Assembly (NCBI GenBank): GCA_033762295.1
Contig: JANRLW010000009.1
Location: forward strand, 1-64,000
DNA from: Capsulimonadales bacterium
Lineage (GTDB): Bacteria > Armatimonadota > Armatimonadia > Armatimonadales > Armatimonadaceae
Length of the DNA stretch: 64,000 nucleotides
Reading direction: 5' to 3'
The position numbers and the translations under genes are program-made. Shown in pieces: positions 9,965 through 19,714 of the stretch. Every line of letters starts with the position of its first letter. Within the stretch, counting starts at the first letter, position 1. The notes below the pieces were generated by a model. The model was not told the DNA's origin and ran no database searches. It was given only the letters and a program-made list of their open reading frames with translations.

Positions 9965-10921
9965 ATGACGACGATGCCTCTCCCGACGTTGACCGCGCGG
10001 GGCCAATCGCTCGATACGCAACCGGACGCTTTCGGCTTTCTGCGGGACAGTGCCGATATCGTCGGGGACGTCGACGCGCTTCGCGGCCGTTTCCTTGCCG
10101 ACGGTTACCTCTACCTGCCCGGTCTGCTGGATCGGGCGGAGGTCCGCGAGGCCCGGCGGAGCGTTCTCGAACGCGCCCGGGAGGAGGGTCTTCTCGATCC
10201 GGACTCTCCGGCGGAGGACGGCCTTCTCAAACCGGGGGTCAATCCCTACTTTCGACCGGAATACACCCGCGACAACCCCTGCCTGAGGCGCATTCTCTAC
10301 GAGGGACCGATGATGGCGTTCTTCGCCCGGTTCCTGGGCGGCGAGGTCCGACATTTCGACTATACCTGGCTGCGGGCGGTCGGGCCGGGGCCAGGAACCG
10401 CGCCTCACTGCGATATTGTCTACATGGGCCGGGGAACGCGAAACCTGTTTACCGCCTGGACTCCCCTCGGCGATATTCCGCTGACCGTCGGCGGCCTGAT
10501 GATTCTGGAGAACTCCCACCGCAGAACCGATCTTACCGGCGCCTATCTGGAGCAGGATGTGGACTCCTACTGCGAGAACGGTCCGAACGCCGAGGCGGTT
10601 CGTGACGGGAAGCTCTACTGGGAACACTGGCAGAGATGGCAGGAGCCGGGGGCGGGATGGGACGGCGCGTTCTCCCACGATCCGCCGGAACTGCGCACGC
10701 AGTTCGGCGGTCGCTGGCTGACCTCCGGGGAATACCGGATGGGCGACGTCCTGATCTTCGGCATGGCGACCCTGCACGCCAGCATCGACAACACTACCAA
10801 TATTTTGCGCCTGTCCACCGACACCCGTTACCAGCGCGCCGATGAGCCGGTCGATGAACGCTGGATCGGCGATCGGCCCATCGCTCACGGGATCGCAGGT
10901 AAGAAGGGCCGCATCTGCTGA
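9965..10921 (+). CDS. PhyH-family dioxygenase
   Basis: TAPHCDIVYMGRG, AWTPLGD, LHASIDN, RLSTDTRY. Confidence 0.9.
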   Translation: MTTMPLPTLTARGQSLDTQPDAFGFLRDSADIVGDVDALRGRFLADGYLYLPGLLDRAEVREARRSVLERAREEGLLDPDSPAEDGLLKPGVNPYFRPEYTRDNPCLRRILYEGPMMAFFARFLGGEVRHFDYTWLRAVGPGPGTAPHCDIVYMGRGTRNLFTAWTPLGDIPLTVGGLMILENSHRRTDLTGAYLEQDVDSYCENGPNAEAVRDGKLYWEHWQRWQEPGAGWDGAFSHDPPELRTQFGGRWLTSGEYRMGDVLIFGMATLHASIDNTTNILRLSTDTRYQRADEPVDERWIGDRPIAHGIAGKKGRIC

Positions 10922-10938
10922 GGAAACTCGGAGAAAAT

Positions 10939-11745
10939 ATGAAAAACGAAATCCGTCCCGAACAGGTCGCGTTTTACCGCGAAAATGGCTTTGTCGTCAT
11001 CGAAGACTTCCTGACACCGGAAGAACTGGAACACTGGCGTGCGAACACCGAGGAGGCGATCGCCCTGAGACTGGCGGCGGCTCCGACCGGAAAGTGGAAC
11101 CTGACCAATCAGGGCAATCCCGACTCCTACTATGCGCAGGTGTTTCTTCAGGCGATCAAACTTGCCGACACGCATCCCGGAATGCGCGAAATCATGCACG
11201 ACCCGCGCCTCGGAGAGATGGCGGCGACCCTGGCCGAAGTCGACGGCATCCGTATCTGGCACGATCAGGCGTTATTCAAGCCCCCCTTCGGCAATCCGAC
11301 CGCCTGGCACCTTGATAACCCCTACTGGTCCTTCTCCTCCCGCGACTCGCTCTCGATCTGGGTCGCTCTGGATGACGCGACTCCGGGCAACGGGTGTATG
11401 TGGTACCTGCCGGGAACTCACCGAACCGCCCGCTTCGAAAATGTCGGTATCGGGGAGAAGATGGCCGACCTCTTTCGGCATTACCCGGAATGGCGGGAGA
11501 TCGACCCGGTCGCCTGTCCGTGTCCGGCCGGGTCCGCGGTCTTTCACAACGGTCTGACCGCCCACGGAGCGGGCGCGAATATGACCAACAAACCGCGTCG
11601 CGCCATGACCTGCGCCTATATGCCCGATGGCGCGACTTTCAACGGTGAGAAGAACGTCCTGCCGGACGAATACTTCGAAACACTGTCCGTCGGCGACGTT
11701 CTGAACGATCCGATCGTCAATCCGTTGATCTTTTCACGAAAATAG
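10939..11745 (+). CDS. PhyH-family dioxygenase
   Basis: WHDQALFK, TAWHLD, WVALDD, AHGAGAN. Confidence 0.9.
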   Translation: MKNEIRPEQVAFYRENGFVVIEDFLTPEELEHWRANTEEAIALRLAAAPTGKWNLTNQGNPDSYYAQVFLQAIKLADTHPGMREIMHDPRLGEMAATLAEVDGIRIWHDQALFKPPFGNPTAWHLDNPYWSFSSRDSLSIWVALDDATPGNGCMWYLPGTHRTARFENVGIGEKMADLFRHYPEWREIDPVACPCPAGSAVFHNGLTAHGAGANMTNKPRRAMTCAYMPDGATFNGEKNVLPDEYFETLSVGDVLNDPIVNPLIFSRK

Positions 11746-11853
11746 ACGGAAAGTTTCGAGGTTTTACCCGGTCGTCGGCGTCTATGAAGCGATATTGCGA
11801 CTGCAACGGACCGTGACAAGGTCCGTCAAACGGACTTTCGAGGTAAACCAACG

Positions 11854-12684
11854 ATGAACTTTCGTCGCCTGAAGCGGATTGCGGCGCTCCTGGCCATACC
11901 GCCGCTCGGTTTGATCGTCACCCCGCCGGCGGAGGCGCAGGACGCCCCGCCGGCCGCCTCCGCCTCGGACGAGGCTCCCCTCAGCGATAAAAAACCGCGA
12001 CCGCTGAACGATATTCTTCGCCGAATGAGCCGCGCTACCGGGGTCTCCATTGTTGCCGATTCGCGTACCGGCCAACTCACCGTCGCCCCCCCGGCCGAGC
12101 CGACGACCGGCGATAACTTCGAGTCCCAGATCGCCGCGCTGGTTCGCGCTCTGCCGAACGGGACCACCTGGGGGAAGCTGATGCTGCCGGACCGACGCGG
12201 ATCGTTCGACGGGGACGCCGTGGCCGCGTACGCCGACGCGCAGGCGAAACTCTTCGGGCGTGTGGGTGAAAAGCAGAAACCCGGCCAGGTGGAGATCTTC
12301 GGGCAGTCCCTTTCCGCCCGGCAGGCCGAAGTGCATATCACCGGCCTTAATCTGGTGCCGGTCTACCTGGTCACCAACCGGAACGCGAACGCCGCGAACG
12401 CGCCCGCGGACCCCGGACAGTGGGCCAATCTGTCCCCGCAGGAGAAGCGGCAGTATGCCCGACAGCAGGCCGCCAAGCTGGCCAATACCGACCCGAGGAT
12501 GCGCAATGCCATCGCGCAACAGTATTTCATGATCTTCAATCAGTTGCTCGGCCAGCTCTCCCAGCCGGACCGGCAGGCCCTGTTCAACGGTATGAGCGGC
12601 CCCGGCGAGGCGGTCCGGGTCATTCTTCGCCAGAAAGACGGGGGCGGAAACAACCCGCCGGACGTGATCGTCGGCACCCCGTAA
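11854..12684 (+). CDS. Exported hypothetical protein
   Basis: GAGGT RBS; signal peptide ending AEA; N-terminal segment LNDILRRMSRATGVSIVAD resembles STN/secretin-N0-like domains (weak). Confidence 0.65.
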   Translation: MNFRRLKRIAALLAIPPLGLIVTPPAEAQDAPPAASASDEAPLSDKKPRPLNDILRRMSRATGVSIVADSRTGQLTVAPPAEPTTGDNFESQIAALVRALPNGTTWGKLMLPDRRGSFDGDAVAAYADAQAKLFGRVGEKQKPGQVEIFGQSLSARQAEVHITGLNLVPVYLVTNRNANAANAPADPGQWANLSPQEKRQYARQQAAKLANTDPRMRNAIAQQYFMIFNQLLGQLSQPDRQALFNGMSGPGEAVRVILRQKDGGGNNPPDVIVGTP

Positions 12685-12748
12685 TCCCGCCTGAAAACGC
12701 GACCTTGCTTCTACCGGCCGTCCGCTGACCTCAGGGACGGCCGGTTAC

Positions 12749-14056
12749 TTACGCTCCGATCGGTCGGAACAGGCCCGGAAGCGGCGTCAGTGCGCCGCGC
12801 ATGGTGGGGAAGACTTCGTCCAGGAGGGAGTGGCCGTCCAGGCGGGCCGATACCAGCGAGGCCAGCACCTGACGGTAATCGGTGGTGACGGCCAGATCGA
12901 TCCCCTCCTCCAGCGCGCTTTTCTCCAGTCCGGGCCACTTCCCGTAGACCTTTCCGCCGTTCACCCCGCCGCCCAGAACGAGCATGGCGGCCGCCCGCCC
13001 GTGATCCGTTCCCAGTCCGGAATTCTCCTGCAGGCGGCGACCGAACTCCGTCATGATCAGAACCGTGACGCGCCGCATTCCGGTCGTTCCCAGGTCCTTC
13101 GCAAACGCGCCGACGCTGTCTCCGACATCCGACAGCAGACCGGCCATCCATCCCTGCGTGGTCCCCTGCCCGACGTGCGTATCCCAGCCCCCCTTGTCCA
13201 GACAGGCCACCTCGAGTCCGATCTTCGCCCGCAGGAGACAGGCGACCTGCCGCAATCCCTGACCCAGTTCGCTGTCGGGATATTTCGCGCCGTTCGAGGG
13301 CTGATAGTTCGTCGGATCGACCTTTTTCAGCGCATCCAGCACCGTCAAGGTGCTTCGTCCGGCTTCGATCACGGCATCCTCGCCGGTTCCGTACAGGGTG
13401 GCCAGAGTGGATGCCATCGGCGATTCCTCCGGCAGATTCAAACGGAAATCCCGTATCGACCGAACGACGGTCGTGGTCGGCGCGCCGCGCAGCATGTCCG
13501 GCAGCATCGAACCGAACGCCACCGCCCGGAGCGGGGAAGCCTGCGGGGTCGGTTGGGCCGCAAGGTATCGCGCCAGCCATCCGCTCTTTTCCGATTCGGT
13601 ATCATCGAGCAGACCACGCTCCATCGTCGCCTTCGCCTCGAAATGGGAGCGGGTTTTATCCCCCGAGCCGACCGCCTGCACCGCCGCCAGCGCGCCGTCC
13701 CGATAGAACGGGTAGAGTCCCTTCAGCGACGGATGCAGGCCGAAAAACCCGTCGAGATCCAGAACATCCTTCTTCCCCAGAGCGAGGGTGGGACGCTGCC
13801 GGAAATAACCATCCTCGCCGACCGGCGCAACAATCGACAGGCAATCCGCCCCGCCCCGGAGAAACAGAACGATCAGCGAATCCCGTGTTTCCGTCCGGTC
13901 AGGGTCGGCGAAGGAGGCATGCTGGAGAGCGGTCGCCCCGAACCAGGCCGACAGCGCCGTCATCACCCCGCCCCGCACGAAGGAGCGTCGTGTTACCGCC
14001 TTCGGTTTCGCTCCGTACGCCATACCGCGACCGTCACAGGCAAACCAGTTTTCCAT
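12749..14056 (-). CDS. DUF1501-family Tat-exported protein
   Basis: TRRSFV Tat motif, LFLRGGAD, RSHF, GGWDTH, TEFGR, GTDHG, TDYR. Confidence 0.92.
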   Translation of the reverse strand: MENWFACDGRGMAYGAKPKAVTRRSFVRGGVMTALSAWFGATALQHASFADPDRTETRDSLIVLFLRGGADCLSIVAPVGEDGYFRQRPTLALGKKDVLDLDGFFGLHPSLKGLYPFYRDGALAAVQAVGSGDKTRSHFEAKATMERGLLDDTESEKSGWLARYLAAQPTPQASPLRAVAFGSMLPDMLRGAPTTTVVRSIRDFRLNLPEESPMASTLATLYGTGEDAVIEAGRSTLTVLDALKKVDPTNYQPSNGAKYPDSELGQGLRQVACLLRAKIGLEVACLDKGGWDTHVGQGTTQGWMAGLLSDVGDSVGAFAKDLGTTGMRRVTVLIMTEFGRRLQENSGLGTDHGRAAAMLVLGGGVNGGKVYGKWPGLEKSALEEGIDLAVTTDYRQVLASLVSARLDGHSLLDEVFPTMRGALTPLPGLFRPIGA

Positions 14057-14075
14057 CCTCGATCCATCCCCTTCT

Positions 14076-15605
14076 CTACCGCCATTGGAACGCCGGTGAC
14101 GCGATCACCAACGCCGCCATCTCCGCCGGTTGTCCGGCATGCTTCCCCAGTGCCGTCACCAGCGGCGCCACCGCCGGGTCGCCGGCACGACGCCCCAGGA
14201 ACCGTTCGACCATTTCCTCCGGAGAGATCGCCCCGGGCAGGGGAACGGTCGTCCCTTCCACCTTCCCGTTCCTTTCGAACAAGGCCAGAGCGAAGTTCCA
14301 GCGTGCCAGAAGCGACCCTGTCCAGGCGGCGGTCTTATCCGGATACCCGTCGGGCATCGGCCATTCGTACAACGGCTGCCCCATCGCCTGAAGATGGGCG
14401 ATCAGTCCCCCGCTTCCGTCCGTATTGGCGTCCGACGCTCTCAGAGCGGAGACGACGAAGTCGAACGGGCGCTTCAGTATCGGATACGGCGGCTGTGGGG
14501 CGGTCAGGATATGCCGGACCATCGCCGCGATATCGCCTCCGGTCGTCGTATAGACCTTTTCGACCGAGGAAACGAGTTCGGCATCCTCCTGTCCGTCGGC
14601 ATCGACCCCATGCAGGTATTTCACCATCTTTCGCGCGATGAAACGTGCCGTCCAGGGATGGCTGGCCAGAATATCGAGTACCGTATCGCCATCGGACTCC
14701 CCGCCACCCGCCGGAATGCGATGCCCGAGAACGACCTTTTCCCCGTCATCATGGAGGGCGGGATCGAATCGGAAGGCGCCATTGTTCTTCAGGAACCCTT
14801 CCTCCACCGTCCATCCGGTCAAACAGCGAGCGACCTCCTGAACATCCTTCTGGGTGTAGCCGCTGTTGACCCCCAGAGAGTGCAGTTCCATGATCTCGCG
14901 GGCGTAGTTTTCGTTGGCGACGCCCTTTCGGTTCTTCTGATTGTCCAGGTAGGTCAGCATGGCCGGAGAACGGGCGGACGCCTTCAGCATCGCCGGGAAC
15001 TTCCCGAGCGCGTTCCGTCGGATCACGTTCAGGCTGTCACGGGCGACCAGGCACTGCACGAACACCGGACTGAGATCGTTGGAGTTGATTCGTTTTCGTG
15101 CATAAAGATTGAAATGGTTCGACCAGAAATCGACCATCCGCTCGCGCAACGGGAACGGGCTATACACGGCGCGGAGAATGGACGCCTGGGACAGCTGGCG
15201 CAGGACCTCCTCGTCCCCCAGATCGTTCAGATCGTATGGGTCCGCCGTGAGCGCTTCGATCGTGCCCAGGCGCATCTGTAACCCGCGTCCCTCCCGGCTA
15301 TCATCCTCCGGAGCGTTCAGTTGTTCGTCGAGGTAGCCGGTGATACCGATCGTCGCCACACGCGCCACGTCTCCGGGAACGGGTCCGAACCCGGCGCGAT
15401 TCAGCAGACGAACGATCGGGTCCGGGTCGATGGTCGGAGGCAGGGCGACGGTGGCGGGCCGTTCACGAGCGGGCACGGTTCGCCGAATCACCTCGGAGCA
15501 ACCGGTCAGGGTCGAGGCGCTTCCGAGGACCGCCCCGGCCGCCCCGAGTCGCAGGCAGTCACGACGGGAAAGAGACATCGCAGGCTCCGTTCTACAGTAA
15601 TCCAC
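14076..15605 (-). CDS. DUF1800-family Tat lipoprotein
   Basis: SRRDCL + LTGC, LLNRAGFG, FWSNHF, YLDN, NENYAREIMELHSLG; paired with DUF1501. Confidence 0.92.
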   Translation of the reverse strand: MDYCRTEPAMSLSRRDCLRLGAAGAVLGSASTLTGCSEVIRRTVPARERPATVALPPTIDPDPIVRLLNRAGFGPVPGDVARVATIGITGYLDEQLNAPEDDSREGRGLQMRLGTIEALTADPYDLNDLGDEEVLRQLSQASILRAVYSPFPLRERMVDFWSNHFNLYARKRINSNDLSPVFVQCLVARDSLNVIRRNALGKFPAMLKASARSPAMLTYLDNQKNRKGVANENYAREIMELHSLGVNSGYTQKDVQEVARCLTGWTVEEGFLKNNGAFRFDPALHDDGEKVVLGHRIPAGGGESDGDTVLDILASHPWTARFIARKMVKYLHGVDADGQEDAELVSSVEKVYTTTGGDIAAMVRHILTAPQPPYPILKRPFDFVVSALRASDANTDGSGGLIAHLQAMGQPLYEWPMPDGYPDKTAAWTGSLLARWNFALALFERNGKVEGTTVPLPGAISPEEMVERFLGRRAGDPAVAPLVTALGKHAGQPAEMAALVIASPAFQWR

Positions 15606-15611
15606 AGTGAA

Positions 15612-16136
15612 CTACAGTGAAAGCGCGGTGCCGACCGGCGCGGTCGCCGCTTCAGCCGGCGCTTTACGCCGTATGGCCGCCCAGCCCGCGCCGAGCGAGA
15701 GCATCAGCATGGCCGGGAACAATAAAAACCATCCGACAAAGGGAAGGAACCCCGCCGCCACAAGGATGCCCGCCCCCCGGCCTACCCCTCCGAGACGGGT
15801 AAGTCGCCGGTCCATTCCGCAGAGCCGCTCCCCGGTCAACGTCGCGAGTCCCGCGGACCCGAGGATCGCCAGCAGCATCAGAGCCGCCAGCAACACCCAA
15901 CCGATCAGTTTGATAAGGCCGTTCGGCTGGTTGATCGCGATCAGGGCGAACAGGCCGGCGGTGAACGTCATTACCGCTCCGACCCCCGCCACCTTTTTCC
16001 CCTGGTTTTCCACCGCCGCCGCCGCCTGGCGGGCGCGGTCCTGAAACAGCACGGACGCTCCGACAATCGCCGTCCACAGCGTTACCCCGGTGCTGCCGAT
16101 TGTCCAGACCACCGCATTGACATCGCCTACCGTCAT
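15612..16136 (-). CDS. Multi-pass membrane protein upstream of DUF1800
   Basis: Four to five hydrophobic helices; ends 6 bp before the DUF1800 gene. Confidence 0.75.
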   Translation of the reverse strand: MTVGDVNAVVWTIGSTGVTLWTAIVGASVLFQDRARQAAAAVENQGKKVAGVGAVMTFTAGLFALIAINQPNGLIKLIGWVLLAALMLLAILGSAGLATLTGERLCGMDRRLTRLGGVGRGAGILVAAGFLPFVGWFLLFPAMLMLSLGAGWAAIRRKAPAEAATAPVGTALSL

Positions 16137-16288
16137 CCTGGGCTCTTTCCGGCGCGATTCTGCGTCGTTCGCGCCTCACAATTCCTGTGCAAGTTCTGAC
16201 ACATATATGTCTTGTACGGTTGCATCGATCGCTCCCGTACATTCGCGAGATTCTTGCATCCCCGTTCGAAAATATGCTACGGTAGGAC

Positions 16289-17431
16289 ATGAATCCTCCC
16301 GCTCTCGGCGTCGGCATCGTCGGTTTCGGCATGATCGGCAAGGTCCACGCCTTCGCGCATCGGTCCCTCCCTCTCTTTTATGATCCGCTTCCCGTCGCCA
16401 CACGACTGGTCGGCGTCTGTACCTCCCGCCCGGAAACGGCGGAGAAGGCGCAGGCGCAGGCCGGGTTCGATCTGGCGACGACCGATCTCGCGGAGTTGCT
16501 GGAGCATCCCGGAATCGACATTATCCATTGCTGTACGCCGAACGACGCCCATCGCGATCTGTTGCTCGCCGCCATCGCGGCGGGAAAACATGTCTACTGT
16601 GATAAGCCGCTGACACGCACGGTGCCCGAGGCGGAAGAGGTTCTGGCGGCGGCCATCGCCCGCCCCGAACGCATCTACCGGATGACCTTCAACTATCGCT
16701 TCGCTCCGGCCACCCTGCGGGCGAAACAGCTGGTCGAAGAAGGGTTTCTCGGGGAGATTTTCCAGTTTCGAGGAGAGTACCTGCACGCCGGTTACATCGA
16801 CCCCAACCGCCCGCGCTCCTGGCGCACGGAGTGGGCGCGCAGCGGCGGCGGCGCGGTCATGGATCTGGGCGTCCATATCTTCGATCTCTTACGCTGGCTG
16901 GTCGGCGAGATGGAAGTCGAATCGGCCAAACTGGTGACCCGGATTCCCTCGCGCCCCCATCCGAAAACCGGCGAACCGGTTCCGGTGGATGTCGATGACC
17001 TGGCCGTGGCGCAGGTACGCACGACGGAAGGCGCGGTCGGAGTGATCGAGGCGTCGCGTCTGGCGACCGGCGTTCAGGACGAACTCCGTTTCGAAATCCA
17101 TGGCAGTCGCGGCGCGATCGCCTGGAATCTGATGGACCCGGACTTTCTGAGTATCTACGACGCCCGGATTCCCGAAGGACCGCTGGGCGGCGCGCGCGGT
17201 CCGCAACGGATCGAATGCGTCACCCGGTATCCGAAACCGTACGCTTTCGGCGGGACCAAGAATACTCTCGGGTGGCCGCAGTTACACGTCCACTGCCTGT
17301 ATGACTTCATTGCGACCATCGCCGGGAAGGCGGACACCGGTCCGACCTTCACCGACGGGCTGGCCGCTCAACGCTGGGTTGCCGACTGCCAGCGGTTGGG
17401 TTCTACGCTTCCAGAGTGGCGTCCATCGTAA
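16289..17431 (+). CDS. Gfo/Idh/MocA-family oxidoreductase
   Basis: GIVGFGMIG Rossmann motif, HVYCDKP, FNYRF, GGAVMDLGVH. Confidence 0.92.
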   Translation: MNPPALGVGIVGFGMIGKVHAFAHRSLPLFYDPLPVATRLVGVCTSRPETAEKAQAQAGFDLATTDLAELLEHPGIDIIHCCTPNDAHRDLLLAAIAAGKHVYCDKPLTRTVPEAEEVLAAAIARPERIYRMTFNYRFAPATLRAKQLVEEGFLGEIFQFRGEYLHAGYIDPNRPRSWRTEWARSGGGAVMDLGVHIFDLLRWLVGEMEVESAKLVTRIPSRPHPKTGEPVPVDVDDLAVAQVRTTEGAVGVIEASRLATGVQDELRFEIHGSRGAIAWNLMDPDFLSIYDARIPEGPLGGARGPQRIECVTRYPKPYAFGGTKNTLGWPQLHVHCLYDFIATIAGKADTGPTFTDGLAAQRWVADCQRLGSTLPEWRPS

Positions 17432-17828
17432 TCTCGGCTTTGAGAACCTGGGAAACCGGACAGTTTTCCTTGGCTTCGGTCGCCGCGGCCAGGAAGTTTT
17501 CGCTCGTGGCGCCAGGCACCTTCGCGCTGACCGTCAGGTGAATCTTCGTAATGGCAAATCCGCCGTCCTTCTGCTCCAGCGTCACGACCGCGTTGGAGCG
17601 AATGGTTTCCGGGGTCATCCCATGGTTCGCCAGGATCAGGGACAGCGCCATCGCATAGCATCCGGCATGTGCCGCGCCGATCAACTCCTCGGGGTTCGTG
17701 CCGATTCCGTCCGCGAACCGCGTTTTGAAGCTGTACTGCGTGTCGTTCAAAACACCGCTCTGGGTGCTGATGGTCCCGCTGCCATCTTTGAGGCTGCCGT
17801 TCCAGACGGCGTTCGCCGTTCGATTCAT
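17403..17828 (-). CDS. osmC: OsmC-family peroxiredoxin
   Basis: [14 protein letters not shown] and ENCPVS; overlaps the convergent oxidoreductase gene by 29 bp. Confidence 0.93.
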   Translation of the reverse strand: MNRTANAVWNGSLKDGSGTISTQSGVLNDTQYSFKTRFADGIGTNPEELIGAAHAGCYAMALSLILANHGMTPETIRSNAVVTLEQKDGGFAITKIHLTVSAKVPGATSENFLAAATEAKENCPVSQVLKAEITMDATLEA

Positions 17829-17993
17829 GTTCGTTTACCTCCGCCGAGAGATTTTCCGCCCGGAAATAGTACCCGAATACTTGCCGTAGAAAAAAGGCAT
17901 GGGGGGCGGATGAACTTCCGAAAACGGTTTGCGTCGAAAAGGACGGAGAAGGCTGATATACGAGCAGCCTTAAAATTTGGAGGAAACTTAAAA

Positions 17994-18419
17994 GTGAAAA
18001 CGATTCATGTCAAAGCACTCGCCGCCGCCCTGATCTCCTTGATCGCCGTGGGAACCGCCCAGGCTCAGGACCAGGATGCCAACCGCAAACCGGGCCGCGC
18101 CGGTCAACGCCAGAACGGCATGGCCCGCCTGATGAAGCAGCTGGACCTGACGACCGAACAGAAGGAAAAGATCAAGAAGATTCAGGATGCTACGAAGGCG
18201 AAGGTTCAGCCGATCCGCGACAACAAATCTCTGACCGAGGAACAGAAGAAGGACCAGTTGAAGGCCATTTCCAAGGACTCGATGAAGCAGATCCTGGAGG
18301 TTCTGACCCCGGAACAGAAGGCGAAACTGCAGGAACTCCGCAGCAAGCAGCGGGGCCAGCGGGGGCAGCGTGCCGGACGCGCCGGCAACGGCCCGGCAAC
18401 CCCGGGCGCCACGCCGTAA
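17994..18419 (+). CDS. Spy/CpxP-like periplasmic LTxxQ protein
   Basis: GGAGG RBS, GTG start, signal peptide, three LTxEQ motifs. Confidence 0.8.
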   Translation: MKTIHVKALAAALISLIAVGTAQAQDQDANRKPGRAGQRQNGMARLMKQLDLTTEQKEKIKKIQDATKAKVQPIRDNKSLTEEQKKDQLKAISKDSMKQILEVLTPEQKAKLQELRSKQRGQRGQRAGRAGNGPATPGATP

Positions 18420-18441
18420 CGACGCCACGAAACCGGGTCCA

Positions 18442-18473
18442 CGCCATGCCCTACGGTACAGGGCATGGCGTTT
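18442..18473 (+). terminator. Terminator hairpin
   Basis: CGCCATGCCCT/AGGGCATGGCG stem followed by TTT. Confidence 0.65.
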
Positions 18474-18492
18474 CGGCTTCTCTCCGCCTCCT

Positions 18493-19386
18493 TCACGGTT
18501 TCGAGAAGAGAAAGCGCAGCATCGGTTCGACACGCGCCGCCCACGCCTCCTCGTTGTGCTTTGCCCCTTCCGCCTCCAGGTATTGCAGATCGACGCCGGT
18601 TTGCCAGCCCCGCTCCCGGAGAGCATCGCGCAGAAGTCGGGCATCCGGCAACGCATTTTCTCCTTCGGCCGTCCCGATATCGAGCCAGATTTTCAGAGGG
18701 GTCCGGGGTGTCGTTCGTACGGCACTCAGTATGGCCCGGTCCGCCCACCAGACGGACGGCGACAGGACCGCCGCCCGGCCGAAGGTCGCCGGATGACGAA
18801 GAGCCAGATACAGGGAAACCAGTCCGCCCAGCGACGATCCGCCAATCGCCGTTTGTTCCGGTGCTTTCCCTGTCCGAAAATGGCGGTCGATAAACGGTTT
18901 CAGTTCATGGCAAAGCCAGTCGCCGTAGGCGTCCGCTTTCCCGCCGCCATATTTCCGGTCTTTCTGCGGTGAATATTCGTTAATTCGCTCCATTCCGGAA
19001 TTGTAAATACCAACAATCAGGATAGGTTCGATCCGGTTCGCCCGTATCAGGCGATCGGCGGTTTCATCGACGCGCCACTCCTTTCCGGGCAGAAAGGCGG
19101 TCGCGCCGTCGAAGAGGTTCTGTCCGTCCTGCAGGTAGAGAACCGGATAGCGACGGTTCTTTTCGGAGGGTCGGTGATAGCCCGGCGGCAGGTAGATGGC
19201 CACCGTGCGGGCCGGTAACCGTTTCGCCGGGAAGTCGCGGAACAGAAGGACGTTCCCCGTCAGAGAATGGGGAACCGGGTGCGGTACGGAGGCGGCCGGG
19301 ACAGGTGGCGGCGTTTGTGCGCTCCCCCGTCCGGCGACGGTCGCGATCCCAAGAAACGCCCAAAGAATACTAAATTTTGTCTGCAT
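18493..19386 (-). CDS. Exported alpha/beta-hydrolase (putative esterase)
   Basis: YPVLYLQDGQN, nucleophile GSSLGG, HNEEAW. Confidence 0.9.
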   Translation of the reverse strand: MQTKFSILWAFLGIATVAGRGSAQTPPPVPAASVPHPVPHSLTGNVLLFRDFPAKRLPARTVAIYLPPGYHRPSEKNRRYPVLYLQDGQNLFDGATAFLPGKEWRVDETADRLIRANRIEPILIVGIYNSGMERINEYSPQKDRKYGGGKADAYGDWLCHELKPFIDRHFRTGKAPEQTAIGGSSLGGLVSLYLALRHPATFGRAAVLSPSVWWADRAILSAVRTTPRTPLKIWLDIGTAEGENALPDARLLRDALRERGWQTGVDLQYLEAEGAKHNEEAWAARVEPMLRFLFSKP

Positions 19387-19551
19387 TACCGGATACCCGA
19401 TGAGGTTCTTTCGATTTTGAAGTTATGGTTCGACGTTTGTTTAGCGAAAGAACGCTTTTATCGAAAAAGATTGTGAATTTTGCGACAATACAAACAACTT
19501 TTCTGCAACGAATCGAGGTTCTTTCACGTCTATTAAATGAGACCAAAAACT

Positions 19552-19696
19552 GGGCAAATGCCAGCCTTTGATACCTGCGCCGGTATCGCCCCAGACTATA
19601 AAAGGCAACGCGCTGTGCCGAAGCCTGAAATCCCTAAAAGTTAAATGGCATACCTGAACGGTCCGCTCAAAACTGACCCGGTGTTGCCCCGCAGGT
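19552..19696 (+). ncRNA. Candidate structured 5' leader RNA, family unknown
   Basis: Four contiguous 6-mers (19552-19575) each have an exact complement downstream in nested order; see findings. Confidence 0.5.
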
Positions 19697-19714
19697 GCAA
19701 AGAGGAGATATCCC

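Noticed and set aside
19552..19696. c-di-GMP-I, cobalamin riboswitch or 6S RNA identity for the leader
   Set aside because: GGGCAAA and GTTGCC ends are present, but the GNRA-capped stem plus GACGCAAA core, the B12 box and a symmetric 6S rod are not.
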